Shown here: piece after piece, positions 9,917 to 23,701 of the stretch | Numbering within the stretch: the first letter of the stretch is position 1 | Layout of the letters: each line of letters begins with the position of its first letter | From: Candidatus Aquivivens invisus | GTDB lineage: Bacteria > Omnitrophota > Gorgyraeia > Aquiviventales > Aquiviventaceae | Direction: 5' to 3' | NCBI GenBank assembly: GCA_001804415.1 | Contig: MHGA01000031.1 | Location: forward strand, 10,788 to 74,787 | Length of the DNA: 64,000 nucleotides | Translations under genes and position numbers: made by a program | Notes under the pieces: model-generated | Told to the model about the DNA's origin: nothing | Database searches by the model: none | The model's input: the letters and a program-made list of their open reading frames with translations, nothing else

Positions 9917-10366
9917 GTGGTCAATTGCCAACGCCGGCGCGCGGTGCCGCTCACCTGGTTGCGCCGCCTGGCGACTCGCGCGGCGGCCATCGTGGGGATC
10001 CGGCAGGACGTGGTGCTGGTGGTTTCGTTTATTGAGGACCGCATGATGACCAACCTCCATGAACAATTTTTGGGGCGGCCCATCCCCACTGACGTCTTAA
10101 CGTTTCGGTATCCCAGGGGACCGGCCACGAGCCACCCGCGCCATGAGGCGGTCGTGCAGGGGGAGATCCTCATCTCCCCGACAGCCGCTTGGCGTTATGC
10201 TCGGCGGCATCGGCTGTCGTACCGCACCGAGTTGGCCCGATACGTCGTCCACGGTCTGCTCCATTGGCTCGGCCATGACGACCGGACGACCGTGCAGCAG
10301 CGCCGGATGCGCGCCATGGAAGATAAGGTCCTGTCCCGTGTTCGCCATGGGCATCCACACGGCTGA
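9917..10366 (+). CDS. ybeY: rRNA maturation endoribonuclease YbeY
   Basis: PTDVLTF and HGLLHWLGHD motifs; follows phoH. Confidence 0.93.
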   Translation: MVNCQRRRAVPLTWLRRLATRAAAIVGIRQDVVLVVSFIEDRMMTNLHEQFLGRPIPTDVLTFRYPRGPATSHPRHEAVVQGEILISPTAAWRYARRHRLSYRTELARYVVHGLLHWLGHDDRTTVQQRRMRAMEDKVLSRVRHGHPHG

Positions 10367-11072
10367 CGCGATTGTCTTGCGCCGGTACCCGTACCGGGAA
10401 ACCAGTGTCCTCGTGACCTGTCTGACGGATCGCTTCGGCAAGATCAAGGGGCTGGTGAAAGGGTTGCGCGTCCCGGTGAGCCGTCATCGCAGCGCGATGG
10501 AGCCGCTGACGCTGAATCGGCTGGTCTTCTACGACACGCGGTCCAGCTCGCTGCATCTCATCAGCCAGTGCGACCTGCTGGAGGCGTTTCCATCGATCCA
10601 GCGGGAGCTCGAGGTCGCCCGCGTCGCCGCGTCCTGTATCGAGGTGGTTGATGCCGTGCTCGAACCGGAGGAACCGCAAGCAGACATCTTTCGCTTGACG
10701 CGAGACACCCTCAACCGGCTGGCGGGCTCCGTGCCGTCGCTGCCGTCGGTGTGGATCCATTTTGTCGTCCGGCTCTTGAGGCTGGTGGGGTTCCACCCGC
10801 AGCTCGATGAGTGCACCGGCTGCAGCCGGCAGCCCACGAGACGAGGCTTTTGGAGCGTGGGGCAAGGCGGGGTGGTCTGTGAGGCCTGCCTGCACCACGA
10901 TCCCTCTGCGGAGCCGATCGAAGGAGACTGGGTCGATGAGCTGGTAGGCTGCGGCGAGAGCGACGGCCCCGTGTGGACGCTGCAACACGGCCCCATGCTC
11001 GTGCGACGCCTGAACGAGTTTCTCTCTTGGCGCGTGGAGCGGCCGTTAAAGACCATCCGGAGCGCCCGATGA
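10347..11072 (+). CDS. recO: DNA repair protein RecO
   Basis: AIVLRR..YRETS OB fold, [12 protein letters not shown] zinc finger. Confidence 0.93.
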   Translation: MGIHTADAIVLRRYPYRETSVLVTCLTDRFGKIKGLVKGLRVPVSRHRSAMEPLTLNRLVFYDTRSSSLHLISQCDLLEAFPSIQRELEVARVAASCIEVVDAVLEPEEPQADIFRLTRDTLNRLAGSVPSLPSVWIHFVVRLLRLVGFHPQLDECTGCSRQPTRRGFWSVGQGGVVCEACLHHDPSAEPIEGDWVDELVGCGESDGPVWTLQHGPMLVRRLNEFLSWRVERPLKTIRSAR

Positions 11073-11983
11073 ACCTCCAAGGGTTGATCAGGACCCTTGA
11101 GAGCTTCTGGGAGCGCCAGGGCTGCGCCATCGTCCAGCCGTACGACATCGAGATGGGGGCGGGCACGTTCCACCCAGCCACGTTTTTCGGGGCGCTCGGT
11201 CCCAAGCCGTGGCGGGTGGCCTACGTGCAGCCGTCTCGTCGGCCCACCGATGGCCGGTACGCCGAGAATCCGTTGCGCATGCAGCGGTACTATCAGTACC
11301 AGGTGCTCATTAAACCCACGGTCGACGACATCCAACAGCTCTACCTCAAGAGCCTGCGCGCCTGCGGCATCAGGCTCGAAGACCACGACATCCGCTTCGT
11401 GCAGGACGACTGGGAATCGCCCACGCTCGGCGCCTGGGGGCTGGGGTGGGAGGTATGGCTCGACTCCCTCGAGGTGACCCAGTTTACGTATTTCCAGCAA
11501 GTCGGCGGGGTTGACGTGGAGCGCGTGTCCTGCGAGATCACCTACGGCATAGAACGCATCGCGATGTTTGCACTAGGCCTACATGATGTCTATCAACTCC
11601 CCTGGGCCGCAGGCACGTCGTACGGCGACCTGCATCGGGACACCGAACGGCAGGGTTCGGCCTACAACTTCGAACACGCCACCGTCCCGTTCTATCAGGA
11701 GTTGTTTCAGCAGCACTGGCAAGAAGCCGACAGACTATTGAAGGTCGGACAGCAACATCCGGAGTTGAAATGCGGTCTGTTGTACCCGGCATACGAGCAG
11801 CTCCTGAAGTGCAGCCACGCCTTCAACATGCTGGACGCACGCGGGGCGATTAGCCAGTCGGACAGGCCCCGCTTCGTGTTGCGCATCCGGATGCTGGCTA
11901 GGCGCTGCGCCGACGCTTACCTCGGTGAGGAAAGAGTCCAACAGTTCGTTAACGAAGTTGTAAAGGCGCCAGATGCCGCGTAA
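11069..11983 (+). CDS. glyQ: Glycine--tRNA ligase alpha subunit
   Basis: [35 protein letters not shown]. Confidence 0.98.
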   Translation: MNLQGLIRTLESFWERQGCAIVQPYDIEMGAGTFHPATFFGALGPKPWRVAYVQPSRRPTDGRYAENPLRMQRYYQYQVLIKPTVDDIQQLYLKSLRACGIRLEDHDIRFVQDDWESPTLGAWGLGWEVWLDSLEVTQFTYFQQVGGVDVERVSCEITYGIERIAMFALGLHDVYQLPWAAGTSYGDLHRDTERQGSAYNFEHATVPFYQELFQQHWQEADRLLKVGQQHPELKCGLLYPAYEQLLKCSHAFNMLDARGAISQSDRPRFVLRIRMLARRCADAYLGEERVQQFVNEVVKAPDAA

Positions 11984-14093
11984 GTTGCCCCTCGAAGAAA
12001 CTCTGTTGGTCGAGATCGGCACCGAAGAGCTGCCAGCGGCGTACCTCGACGGCGCGATCGCTCAACTACGCGATGACGGCCAACGGCTGCTCGATGAAGC
12101 GCATCTCGTGCACGGCGCCGTAGAATCTTTCGGGACCCTGCGCCGCTTGGTCATGATTGTCCGCGGGCTCAGTGCCTTCCAGCGCAATCCGGCCGAACAG
12201 ATCCGCGGACCGTCCAAGCAGGTTGCCTTCGGCCCCGATGGCAAGCCGACGCAAGCCCTGTTGGGGTTCTTGCGCGCCCGCGGCGGCACGCTCGGGCAGC
12301 TCAAGACTGTCGCTACTGAGAGAGGGGAGTACCTCCATTTCTTAAAGCCGGCCTCTACGGTGTCATCGATCAAGGTTTTGCCTGAATTGATTCAGCACCT
12401 CATTAGCGGACTGCGGTTTCCCAAAACGATGCGGTGGGACGCAAGTGGTTTCCGTTTCGCGCGGCCCGTACGGTGGCTGCTGGTTCTCGATGGTTCAACG
12501 CCGGTGCGCGTGACGGTGGGGCGGCTGACAAGCGGCCGCGTGACACGGGTTGGAGGACCGAAGAAACCGAAAGCGGTGGCCGTGGGTTCGGTTTCCGCGT
12601 ACCACACCGCATTGAAACGGGATGGCATTATGCTCGACCAGCAGGCTCGGCGGCAGCGTATCGACCAGCTCGTCCGTACGGCAGGGAAGAAGACTGGTGG
12701 CGTGGTCGCGCCTGAGATGATTACGCACGGCTTGCTCGATGAGGTCGCCGGCCTTACGGAGCGACCCGTCCCACTGGTCGGCCGCTTTGACCCCAAGTAT
12801 CTGGCGTTGCCGCGCGAGGTGTTGCTGGCCAGCATGGCAAAGCACCAACGGGTGTTTGCCGTGCAGTCGGCTTCCGGCAAGCTGCTGCCGGCGTTCGTGG
12901 CCATCCTCGATGGGGCTCCGCGCAAACCCGCCGCGATCCGCGCCGTCATGGAGCGCATCCTTAACGCCCGCCTTGCCGATAGCCTGTTGTTCTTTGAGCA
13001 GGACCGGAAGACGCCTCTGAAGAGCGCCGCCCTCGCGGGCGTGACCTTTCACGAAAAACTAGGCTCCATGGAAGACAAGACCCAGCGGATGCGCAAACTG
13101 ATTGATCCCCTGGCAAGCGCCTGGAGACTGTCGGACGGTGAACGCACACAGCTTGAACGGGCGTGCGCGCTCGCAAAAGGCGACTTGGTGACGACAATGG
13201 TCAAGGAATTTCCAACGCTCCAGGGTGTGATGGGGAAGCACTACGCGTTGGGTGACGGCGAGCCACGGGAGGTCGCGATGGCCATCGGGGAACATTACCT
13301 GCCGTTGGCAGGCCGTTCGCCGGAAACGCTGCTGGGCAGTGCGCTATCGGTCCTCGATAAATACGACACCCTCGCCAGCTACTTCCATATCGGCATCGAG
13401 CCGACCGGCGACCAGGACCCCTTCGGGTTGCGCCGCGCGGCGCAGGGTATCATCGAGGTGGCCTGGCTGGTTCGTCGTCCGCTTCCTTGTGGCGCGTTGT
13501 TTGCTCCCTGGCAAGCCGCCGCGACCCGGCTTGCTCACGGCAAGGCGCATCTCGCCGAGCAGGTGAAGACCTATCTCCTCGAGCGTCTCTATACCTTCGC
13601 GTGGCCGAAGCCGGTGCCCACAAGAGACATCATCGACGCCGTCCTCGCCAGCCGCCCGGACGATCTGGTTGATGCTATGGAGCGCATCATCAGCCTCACG
13701 CGGTTCAACGGCAACCGCGCGCTCTTGAAGGCGGCGAAGGTCATCGAACGGACCGCCAACATCCTCAAAGGAGCCAAGCAGATCCCGCAGGGCGAGCCGG
13801 ATCCTTCAAAGTTCCAAGACGCGCTGGAAGGGAAGCTGTGGAATCTGCTGAGCACCCGCAGACGAGACATCGACACCCTCATTGCCAAGCAATCGTACGG
13901 GGAGGCGACGACCCTGTACGGAGAGGTGTTCTTCGAACCGCTGCATGAGTTTTTCGCGAAGGTCATGGTGAACGTCAAGGATCCGCAGATCCAGCAGAAC
14001 CGCCTCGCGTTGATGCGCAGCATCAATACGTTGTATACTGACCGAGTTGCTGATCTGTCCAAACTCGCTATTCTCGAGGAGGGAACAGTCTGA
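11973..14093 (+). CDS. glyS: Glycine--tRNA ligase beta subunit
   Basis: [40 protein letters not shown]-like tail. Confidence 0.97.
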   Translation: MPRKLPLEETLLVEIGTEELPAAYLDGAIAQLRDDGQRLLDEAHLVHGAVESFGTLRRLVMIVRGLSAFQRNPAEQIRGPSKQVAFGPDGKPTQALLGFLRARGGTLGQLKTVATERGEYLHFLKPASTVSSIKVLPELIQHLISGLRFPKTMRWDASGFRFARPVRWLLVLDGSTPVRVTVGRLTSGRVTRVGGPKKPKAVAVGSVSAYHTALKRDGIMLDQQARRQRIDQLVRTAGKKTGGVVAPEMITHGLLDEVAGLTERPVPLVGRFDPKYLALPREVLLASMAKHQRVFAVQSASGKLLPAFVAILDGAPRKPAAIRAVMERILNARLADSLLFFEQDRKTPLKSAALAGVTFHEKLGSMEDKTQRMRKLIDPLASAWRLSDGERTQLERACALAKGDLVTTMVKEFPTLQGVMGKHYALGDGEPREVAMAIGEHYLPLAGRSPETLLGSALSVLDKYDTLASYFHIGIEPTGDQDPFGLRRAAQGIIEVAWLVRRPLPCGALFAPWQAAATRLAHGKAHLAEQVKTYLLERLYTFAWPKPVPTRDIIDAVLASRPDDLVDAMERIISLTRFNGNRALLKAAKVIERTANILKGAKQIPQGEPDPSKFQDALEGKLWNLLSTRRRDIDTLIAKQSYGEATTLYGEVFFEPLHEFFAKVMVNVKDPQIQQNRLALMRSINTLYTDRVADLSKLAILEEGTV

Positions 14094-14094
14094 C

Positions 14095-16896
<2,802 letters not shown>

Positions 16897-16902
<6 letters not shown>

Positions 16903-17002
16903 TTAGTGACCAGTGACTGGTGATCAGTGAAAGATAAAAACAGGATCACATGAGTGACTCATGGCGGCAGTATTTTTACTAGTCACTCGTCACTCGTCAC
17001 TC
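16897..17002. repeat. Inverted 7-bp tandem arrays with a central palindrome
   Basis: AAGTGAT TAGTGAC CAGTGAC TGGTGAT CAGTGAA ... TTTACTA GTCACTC x3; CATGAGT-G-ACTCATG at 16949-16963. Confidence 0.85.
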
Positions 17003-17022
17003 GCCGAGCGAAGCGAGGCGTG

Positions 17023-17832
17023 ATGGAACCGATTCGGGCGTACCTGAAAGATATCAAGTCCATCGCGTTGCTGACCGCGAGGCAAGAGATTGAGTTAGCC
17101 AATCGGATCAAGCGGGGGGACACGAAGGCCAAGCGCCAGATGACGCTGGCCAACCTGCGCCTGGTGATCAATATCGCCAAGCGGTATTCGCACCTCGGCG
17201 TGCCGTTGCTGGACCTCATCGAGGAAGGCAACCTCGGGCTCATGAAGGCGGTCACCAAATACAATCCGCACAAGGGCTTTCGCTTCTCCACCTACGCCGC
17301 GTGGTGGATCCGCCAGTACATCACCCGCGCCATCGCCAACCAAGGCAAGACGGTTCGCATCCCCGTCTACATGACGGAGGTGCTGTCGAAATTCAAGCGG
17401 GTGACGGAGGAGCTCACTCAGAAGCACGGGCGCCGGCCAACCGTGCGCGAGCTGGCCAGGCGCATGCGCGTACCAATCGAGCGGATCGAGCGGTTGCAGG
17501 AGCTGGTCACCTCATCGCAGCCCACGTCCCTTGAGACGCCGGTGGGGGAGGAGGGTGAGACCGAAATGATCGATCTCATCCAGGATGAGACCGGGCGCTC
17601 GCCCCAAGACGATGTCACGCAATTCCTCCAGCACGAAGGGATCACCGACCTGCTTGCGCACATGAGCGAACGCGAACGCCGGATTGTGACGTTGCGTTAT
17701 GGCCTGGATGACGGGATCAGCCGTACGCTGGGGGAGACCGCCAAGCAGTTTGGTATTACGCGGGAACGCGTCCGGCAGATCGAGGCGGCCGCCATCCGCA
17801 AGCTTCGCGCGTTGCTGTCCAAGCCCCAGTAG
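17023..17832 (+). CDS. RpoD/RpoS family sigma70 factor lacking region 1.1
   Basis: YLKDI region 1.2, ANLRLVINIAKRY, DLIEEGNLGL, FSTYAAWWIRQ, region 4 TRERVRQIE. Confidence 0.95.
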   Translation: MEPIRAYLKDIKSIALLTARQEIELANRIKRGDTKAKRQMTLANLRLVINIAKRYSHLGVPLLDLIEEGNLGLMKAVTKYNPHKGFRFSTYAAWWIRQYITRAIANQGKTVRIPVYMTEVLSKFKRVTEELTQKHGRRPTVRELARRMRVPIERIERLQELVTSSQPTSLETPVGEEGETEMIDLIQDETGRSPQDDVTQFLQHEGITDLLAHMSERERRIVTLRYGLDDGISRTLGETAKQFGITRERVRQIEAAAIRKLRALLSKPQ

Positions 17833-17898
17833 CTCAGATATGGATAGAGCAGCGGTTTCCTAAACCGCGTGTCGGCCGTTCGAATCGGCCCTGGGGCA
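17823..17898 (+). tRNA. tRNA-Arg(CCT), CCA not encoded
   Basis: Acceptor stem GCCCCAG/CTGGGGC, D-arm GCTC/GAGC, anticodon arm GCGGT-TTCCTAA-ACCGC, T-arm GGCCG-TTCGAAT-CGGCC. Confidence 0.95.
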
Positions 17899-17941
17899 TC
17901 CTTATATAGACCAAGAAAAGCCAGCAAACGCTGCATAACCA

Positions 17942-18015
17942 TGTATAGGGGATGTCACAGGAATGTAACAGATATGTAAAAAATGCTTGACAAGTTCCTG
18001 GCTGTTTCTTATAGT
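17942..18015 (+). promoter_or_regulatory. sigma70 promoter with upstream 11-bp-periodic OmpR/PhoB-type boxes
   Basis: TTGACA(17987)-N17-TATAGT(18010); TGTATA/TGTCAC/TGTAAC/TGTAAA at 17942, 17953, 17964, 17975. Confidence 0.7.
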
Positions 18016-18085
18016 TGAGAGAACTTCTCAAGGCGTGATTACGTAGGGCATGCGTGGAGGCACGTTGCAACAAGGAGGTTGGAAT

Positions 18086-19519
18086 ATGTTGAAGGCTACG
18101 CTTCGAAGCGCAGTCCTTCTGGGACTTCTGCTGGCGAGCGTCCCCAGCTATGCAGAGGTTCAGAACGTGAAGGTTGGCGGGGATGTGACCGTCCGTGGTT
18201 TCTACCGCCGCAACCTCGATCTTCACGATGAGTCCAGCGGGGAGGGACAGAGCAACGCGGCCCTGGCGGCACGGACCGGTGCGGGCTTAGCGGGGCTTGA
18301 TCGTGAAAGTTTCATCATGAGCACGATCGGGGTCAACATCGGGGCTGACTTGAGCGAGAACGTGTCCGCCATTATCCGTCTGGCCAACGAGCGCAATTGG
18401 GATAGCACCACCGGTGGTGACACCACGGATCTTGACATCAGCCAAGCCTACCTGACTCTGAAAGAACTGTTCTACACGCCGCTGACGGTCCGAATTGGGA
18501 CGCAACCAATCGTGTGGGGCCGTGGGTTCGTCCTAGGCAGCAATTTGTTTCCGTCAGTCAATAACACGGGCGACGATCGGAACTCCTCGATCTCCGCCAA
18601 TGAGTTCACCGACTTTACGGCCTTCGAGGCGATCCGGGCGACGTTGGACCTCTCCAATCTGGGTGGCCTGAGCCTTCCGCTTACGGCTGACTACGTCTTC
18701 ATCAAAACGGATGAGAACGACGTAAACTCGGCCGACGATGTGAATATCCAGGGCGTCAACCTCAGCACGAAACTGGATGCCGCGAGTTCAGAGGTCGAGA
18801 CGTACTTCGTGAACAAACGTGATCGGGCTAGCGGGACGCCGGTAAACGGCAGCTTTGGGTCTGTGAGCACCCTGGGGGTTCGTGGGAGCGCGCAACCGAT
18901 CCAAGGGCTCTACACGTACGGGGAGCTTGCCTATCAGATGGGCAAGAACGGCACGGATCCTGAGGGGTTCGAGGTGGTGGGTGACAGTCACCAGGCCTGG
19001 GCCGCGAATCTGGGTGGGGATTACACGTTTGCAGAAGTCACCGGCAGCCCGAAGCTGGGCTTGGAGTGGCGATACTACTCTGGCAAACAAATGCCCAACG
19101 GCGGCGTCGCGAAAGGTGGATGGGCCGCGGTCGCTCCTGGCTATTTCACCACGGCCTTGCGAGAATTCCAGACCCGAAACACCGTGGTCGGTTTCTACCC
19201 CGTCGACCACGCAAATATCACGTCTACGGGAACGAACCAGCATGAGGTCGCGATCTACAGCAGCTTCGCTCCCCTTGAGGATCTCGTGGTCTCTCCTCGA
19301 TTATCGTGGTTTGTGCTGGATAAAGGAACCCCTTCCGAGGATGGCGCCAAGCCAAAGAGCTTCCTCGGGACCGAGTGGGACACGAACATCGTCTACAACT
19401 ACACCGAGGATGTCCAGCTGGGGCTGCTCTATGCCCTGTTTGCTCCTGGGCATGTGTTCCGTGACCCGGCAGATGCCACTGCTCAGGAAGTCGTGACCAC
19501 GGTGAGTGTGAAGTTCTAA
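18086..19519 (+). CDS. Outer-membrane beta-barrel protein (alginate-export/porin-like)
   Basis: SD AGGAGG, signal peptide ending SYA-E, QAYLTL..RIGTQPIVWGRG, alternating beta-strand pattern, C-terminal Phe (SVKF). Confidence 0.8.
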   Translation: MLKATLRSAVLLGLLLASVPSYAEVQNVKVGGDVTVRGFYRRNLDLHDESSGEGQSNAALAARTGAGLAGLDRESFIMSTIGVNIGADLSENVSAIIRLANERNWDSTTGGDTTDLDISQAYLTLKELFYTPLTVRIGTQPIVWGRGFVLGSNLFPSVNNTGDDRNSSISANEFTDFTAFEAIRATLDLSNLGGLSLPLTADYVFIKTDENDVNSADDVNIQGVNLSTKLDAASSEVETYFVNKRDRASGTPVNGSFGSVSTLGVRGSAQPIQGLYTYGELAYQMGKNGTDPEGFEVVGDSHQAWAANLGGDYTFAEVTGSPKLGLEWRYYSGKQMPNGGVAKGGWAAVAPGYFTTALREFQTRNTVVGFYPVDHANITSTGTNQHEVAIYSSFAPLEDLVVSPRLSWFVLDKGTPSEDGAKPKSFLGTEWDTNIVYNYTEDVQLGLLYALFAPGHVFRDPADATAQEVVTTVSVKF

Positions 19520-19550
19520 ACCTCACGACCCGGGGCGACGAAATAGATTG

Positions 19551-19586
19551 AACCCCCTGCCTCGAAAGGGGCAGGGGGTTTTCTTT
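19551..19586 (+). terminator. Rho-independent terminator
   Basis: AACCCCCTGCCTC-GAAA-GGGGCAGGGGGTT followed by TTCTTT. Confidence 0.85.
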
Positions 19587-19592
19587 AGACCC

Positions 19593-21701
19593 ATGACCTC
19601 CCACCCCCTCTACGTCGCCTTCATCTGGCACATGCACCAACCGTATTACCGGGACCTCCGGACGGGCGAATGCACCATGCCCTGGGTGCGCCTCCATGCG
19701 ACGAAGGATTACCTCGATATGGTGAAACTTCTTGAGGAATTTCCTTCGGTGCATCAGACGTTCAATTTCGTCCCAAGCCTGCTTGATCAACTGCAAGCGT
19801 ACCTCCCGCCGAGCAACCGTACGGATTCGTTCCTTGACCTATCCAGAAAACCGGCTGCGGACCTTACCGATGACGACAAGCGTTTTCTCACGATGTGGTT
19901 TTTCTTGGCGAACGAGGACCATATGGTCAAACCTCATCCGCGCTACCATGATTTGCTCATCAAGCGCGGCACGACGAAGCCGTTTAAACCCCAGGACTGC
20001 TTGGATCTCCAGGTGTGGTTCAACCTCGTGTGGATCGATCCCTGGTTGCGTCGACAAGACCCTCAACTGGCGGCGCTTGAAGCCAAGGGGGAACGGTTTG
20101 CCGAGGCGGATAAGCAGCTCGTTCTCGGCAAGCAACTGGAGCTGATTGCCCAAATTCTCCCGACCTACCAGGCCGCTCAGGCCCGCGGCCAGGTCGAGTT
20201 GACTACGTCACCCTACTACCATCCCATCGTCCCGCTGTTGTGCGAGATCCGAAGCGCCCACGCTGCGCTCCCGCACCTGCCGCTTCCGGAGCGCCCCTTC
20301 CGGCACCCGGAAGATGCGCAGTGGCATGTGGGTCAGGCCCTGAAGCGACATGAGGAGGTCTTTGGGGTTCGTCCTCATGGGATGTGGCCACCTGAAGGAG
20401 GGGTGAGCGAGGCGCTGATCGCGTTAACGTTAGCAGCCGGCCTTCGATGGATCGCGACGGACGAGGAAATCCTCTGGCGGACACTCAGAACCGCTCGCGA
20501 TCCTTCGTTATTGTATCGACCTCATGCCGTGACACGCCACGGACAAACGTTAGCCGCGGTCTTCCGGGATCGTGAGCTCTCTGATTTGTTGGGATTCGTC
20601 TACAGCCAGTGGGACGCTGCCCTGGCGGTCAAGGATTTCATGAGTCGATTGCACGCCATCCATCGGCAGGTCCAACATCTGTCAAGTCCGCCGCTGCTCA
20701 CCATCGCGCTCGATGGCGAGAACGCATGGGAGCATTATCCGCAAGACGGCCACGCGTTCCTGCGAGCGCTCTACGGCACGCTTGCCTCTGATGAGCGGAT
20801 TCAAGTCGTCACCGTGAGCGAATTCCTCAACCGGTTCCCGCCGGATCGCTCCTCATCGCTTCCTGAGCTGTTTGCAGGATCCTGGATTGACGGCAATTTC
20901 TCCACGTGGGTTGGCCATCCAGAAAAGAACACGGCGTGGGCGTATCTCAGCAAGACGCGGGAGGCGTTGAGCGCTTCCGCGGATTCAGCGGTCGAGCACG
21001 ATGCCCTCACCAACGCATGGAGGAGTCTCTATATTGCCGAGGGGAGCGACTGGATGTGGTGGTACGGCGACACGCATTACTCCAGCCAGCAAGAAGAGTT
21101 CGATCGGTTGTTCCGCACGCACTTGGCGAATGTGTACCGCTTCTTGGGACAACCGCCCCCTGACGAGCTTGACACGCCGATCAAGCCGGTTACCTCAGCG
21201 CCGAGCTGTGAACCGACGGCGATCATCACCCCCCACATCGACGGACGGCAAACCACCTACTACGAATGGCTCTATGCGGGTCGGATTGATCTGCACAAGC
21301 ACTATGGCGCGCTCCACCGCGGTGGGCAGCTTTGCCATACCCTCTATTACGGTTTCGATGCCACCCACTTCTATTTCCGTCTTGACGTGGAGGCCTCTCA
21401 GCTCACGCCGCTGAATATTTGGAGCATTCAATTCGTCCTGGCGGATCGACACCGGCAGTTCTCCATCCAACACACGCCCGAGGGGCTCACGACGGACGTC
21501 GCCGAACTGCGATGGGCGTTTGAGCGTATCTTAGAAGTGGGCATCCCGCGGGCATGGTTGATGCTCAAACCGGGCGATCTCTTGACCCTTCAGATCACCA
21601 TGTTCCACGGTACGGATCCGTTGGAACGGTACCCCGCCCAAGGAGGGTTTCGCCTGCCGCTTCCACGCGAGGATGTGGAAGCCTCCACATGGTCTGTCTA
21701 G
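19593..21701 (+). CDS. Glycoside hydrolase family 57 (amylopullulanase-like)
   Basis: WHMHQP, PWVRLH, PYYHPIVPLL, GMWPPEG, LDGENAWE, AEGSDWMWW. Confidence 0.93.
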   Translation: MTSHPLYVAFIWHMHQPYYRDLRTGECTMPWVRLHATKDYLDMVKLLEEFPSVHQTFNFVPSLLDQLQAYLPPSNRTDSFLDLSRKPAADLTDDDKRFLTMWFFLANEDHMVKPHPRYHDLLIKRGTTKPFKPQDCLDLQVWFNLVWIDPWLRRQDPQLAALEAKGERFAEADKQLVLGKQLELIAQILPTYQAAQARGQVELTTSPYYHPIVPLLCEIRSAHAALPHLPLPERPFRHPEDAQWHVGQALKRHEEVFGVRPHGMWPPEGGVSEALIALTLAAGLRWIATDEEILWRTLRTARDPSLLYRPHAVTRHGQTLAAVFRDRELSDLLGFVYSQWDAALAVKDFMSRLHAIHRQVQHLSSPPLLTIALDGENAWEHYPQDGHAFLRALYGTLASDERIQVVTVSEFLNRFPPDRSSSLPELFAGSWIDGNFSTWVGHPEKNTAWAYLSKTREALSASADSAVEHDALTNAWRSLYIAEGSDWMWWYGDTHYSSQQEEFDRLFRTHLANVYRFLGQPPPDELDTPIKPVTSAPSCEPTAIITPHIDGRQTTYYEWLYAGRIDLHKHYGALHRGGQLCHTLYYGFDATHFYFRLDVEASQLTPLNIWSIQFVLADRHRQFSIQHTPEGLTTDVAELRWAFERILEVGIPRAWLMLKPGDLLTLQITMFHGTDPLERYPAQGGFRLPLPREDVEASTWSV

Positions 21702-21718
21702 CATCGTCCGAGCTGCTG

Positions 21719-21747
21719 TTGATTTTCCGTCGATAACCACCTATAAT
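21719..21747 (+). promoter_or_regulatory. sigma70 promoter for ino1
   Basis: TTGATT-N17-TATAAT. Confidence 0.65.
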
Positions 21748-21777
21748 GGATTGAATTTATCGTCGTATCCATCCAGC

Positions 21778-22872
21778 ATGAAATCATCAATTCGGATCGC
21801 CGTCATCGGGGTAGGGAACTGTGCGAGTTCCTTACTGCAGGGGTTGGGGTACTATGCCCGCCCAGGCAAGCACCACGTTGGCCTTCTGCACGACGCCATC
21901 AATGGGTATCGCCCCGAGGACATCCAAGTCGTCGCCGCGTTTGACGTCGATGCGCGAAAAGTGGGGAAGCCGCTTCGCGAGGCCTGTGCTGCAAAGCCGA
22001 ACTGCACCACCTGGTTTGTCTCACAGATCCCGAACTTCAAGGTTCGCGTGCACATGGGGCCCCTCCTTGATGGGGTCGCCCCCCATATGGCCAACTATCC
22101 TGCCGATCGGACCTTCGTGATCGCCAAGCAGAAGCCGGCTCAGCTCGCGAAGGTCCTGCGGGCCAGCGGCGCAGAAATTGCCGTGAACTATCTTCCCGTT
22201 GGATCTGAGCAGGCCACGAAAGCCTACGCTGCCGCGTGCCTGGAGACCGGCGTGAGCCTCCTGAACTGCATGCCGGTCTTCATCGTTTCTGATCCTACCT
22301 GGGCCAATCGATTCGCCAAGAAGAATATTCCGATCGTCGGTGATGATGTGAAGGGCCAGCTTGGGGCGACGATCCTGCACCGGACCTTGGCCAAATTGTT
22401 CAACACGAGGGGAGTGCGCGTTGACCGAACGTACCAGCTGAATGTGGGAGGGAACACCGATTTCTTGAACATGCTCAACCGCGATCGACTGGCAAGCAAG
22501 AAGATTTCAAAAACTGAGGCAGTTCAATCAGTGTTGGAAAACCGGCTGCCGTACGAACAGATCCATATCGGTCCCAGCGATTATGTTCCCTGGCAAAACG
22601 ACCGGAAAGTCTGCTTTCTCCGGCTGGAGGGCAGGGGATTTGGGGGATGTCCCATGGAATTGGAGCTGCGTCTCTCCGTCGAGGATTCGCCGAACAGCGC
22701 GGGGATGGTGATCGATGCGATCCGCTGTCTTCGTCTAGCTCGGGATCGTCGATTGGGGGGCCCGCTTCGCTCTGTCTCAGCCTGGACGATGAAACACCCT
22801 CCTCAACCGATGGACGATGAGCACGCTCGCCAACTCGTTGAGGCATTCGTCCGTGGAACCAGCCGCGTCTAA
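21778..22872 (+). CDS. ino1: myo-inositol-1-phosphate synthase
   Basis: IGVGNCASSL, NYLPVGS, GDDVKGQLGAT, QLNVGGNTDFLNM, SKKISKT, DSPNSAG. Confidence 0.95.
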   Translation: MKSSIRIAVIGVGNCASSLLQGLGYYARPGKHHVGLLHDAINGYRPEDIQVVAAFDVDARKVGKPLREACAAKPNCTTWFVSQIPNFKVRVHMGPLLDGVAPHMANYPADRTFVIAKQKPAQLAKVLRASGAEIAVNYLPVGSEQATKAYAAACLETGVSLLNCMPVFIVSDPTWANRFAKKNIPIVGDDVKGQLGATILHRTLAKLFNTRGVRVDRTYQLNVGGNTDFLNMLNRDRLASKKISKTEAVQSVLENRLPYEQIHIGPSDYVPWQNDRKVCFLRLEGRGFGGCPMELELRLSVEDSPNSAGMVIDAIRCLRLARDRRLGGPLRSVSAWTMKHPPQPMDDEHARQLVEAFVRGTSRV

Positions 22873-23701
22873 CCCGCTTGCCGGGAAGCCTTCAGCCCGC
22901 TCTGTCCCATGTCACGTGGCCTGTCTGCGCTTGCTGCTCTTTACCCTCCTGACGGCTGTCCTTGCAGGACTCTTGAGTTGGCTCTTCCTTCCGTGGCTGA
23001 ATCTTCCGTGGTGGAAGGTGTTCCGACGATGCGCATCGGTCTCGGCAGCCCTCAGCCTTGTGGGCATGCTTCGGTTCATCGACCGGCAACCGTTCCGAAT
23101 GCTAGGCCTGGGTCCTTGGTCGCAAGGACGCTCTGACCTCTCCCGAGGCCTTCTGTTGGGCATGAGCACCGTCGCTGTCGTGGGCTCATTGTATGCGCTG
23201 TTCGGCGCCTGTCGGATCTCGGTTCATCCAGATTCGTGGCGCGTGTGGCGAACGGTGATCGGCTTTCTTCCAGCCGCGCTCCTTGTAGCTGTCCTTGAAG
23301 AGCTCATCTTTCGGGGCTACGTGTTCCACCAGCTCCTGGCATGGTCAGCGTCATGGGCGGTCATGGGCAGCAGCCTCGCCTACGCCCTGGTACACCTGAG
23401 GGGCGGATTCGTCTGGCCGGCAACCGCCTTTGAGCTCATCGGCCTCTGGATTCTTGGAGTCGTCTTGGCGGTGAGCCGTCTGAGAACGGGACAGCTCTAC
23501 CTTGCAATCGGATTGCATGCCTCGCTGGCCTATTGGGCCAGGGTGAACAAACTGTTGATTGCCTTTCAGGATTCTACAATACCCTGGTTGATCGGTACCA
23601 ATCGACTGGTCAATGGGGTCGCGGCCTGGGTGGCCCTGGGAGTTATCGGCTGGATCATCACGCGATGGAGAGCCTGTCCAAACGAGGGAGGTGGATCATG
23701 A
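22817..23701 (+). CDS. CPBP (Abi/CAAX) family intramembrane glutamic protease; start uncertain
   Basis: Multi-TM protein with LEELIFRG, YALVH and AIGLH motifs. Confidence 0.88.
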   Translation: MSTLANSLRHSSVEPAASNPLAGKPSARSVPCHVACLRLLLFTLLTAVLAGLLSWLFLPWLNLPWWKVFRRCASVSAALSLVGMLRFIDRQPFRMLGLGPWSQGRSDLSRGLLLGMSTVAVVGSLYALFGACRISVHPDSWRVWRTVIGFLPAALLVAVLEELIFRGYVFHQLLAWSASWAVMGSSLAYALVHLRGGFVWPATAFELIGLWILGVVLAVSRLRTGQLYLAIGLHASLAYWARVNKLLIAFQDSTIPWLIGTNRLVNGVAAWVALGVIGWIITRWRACPNEGGGS

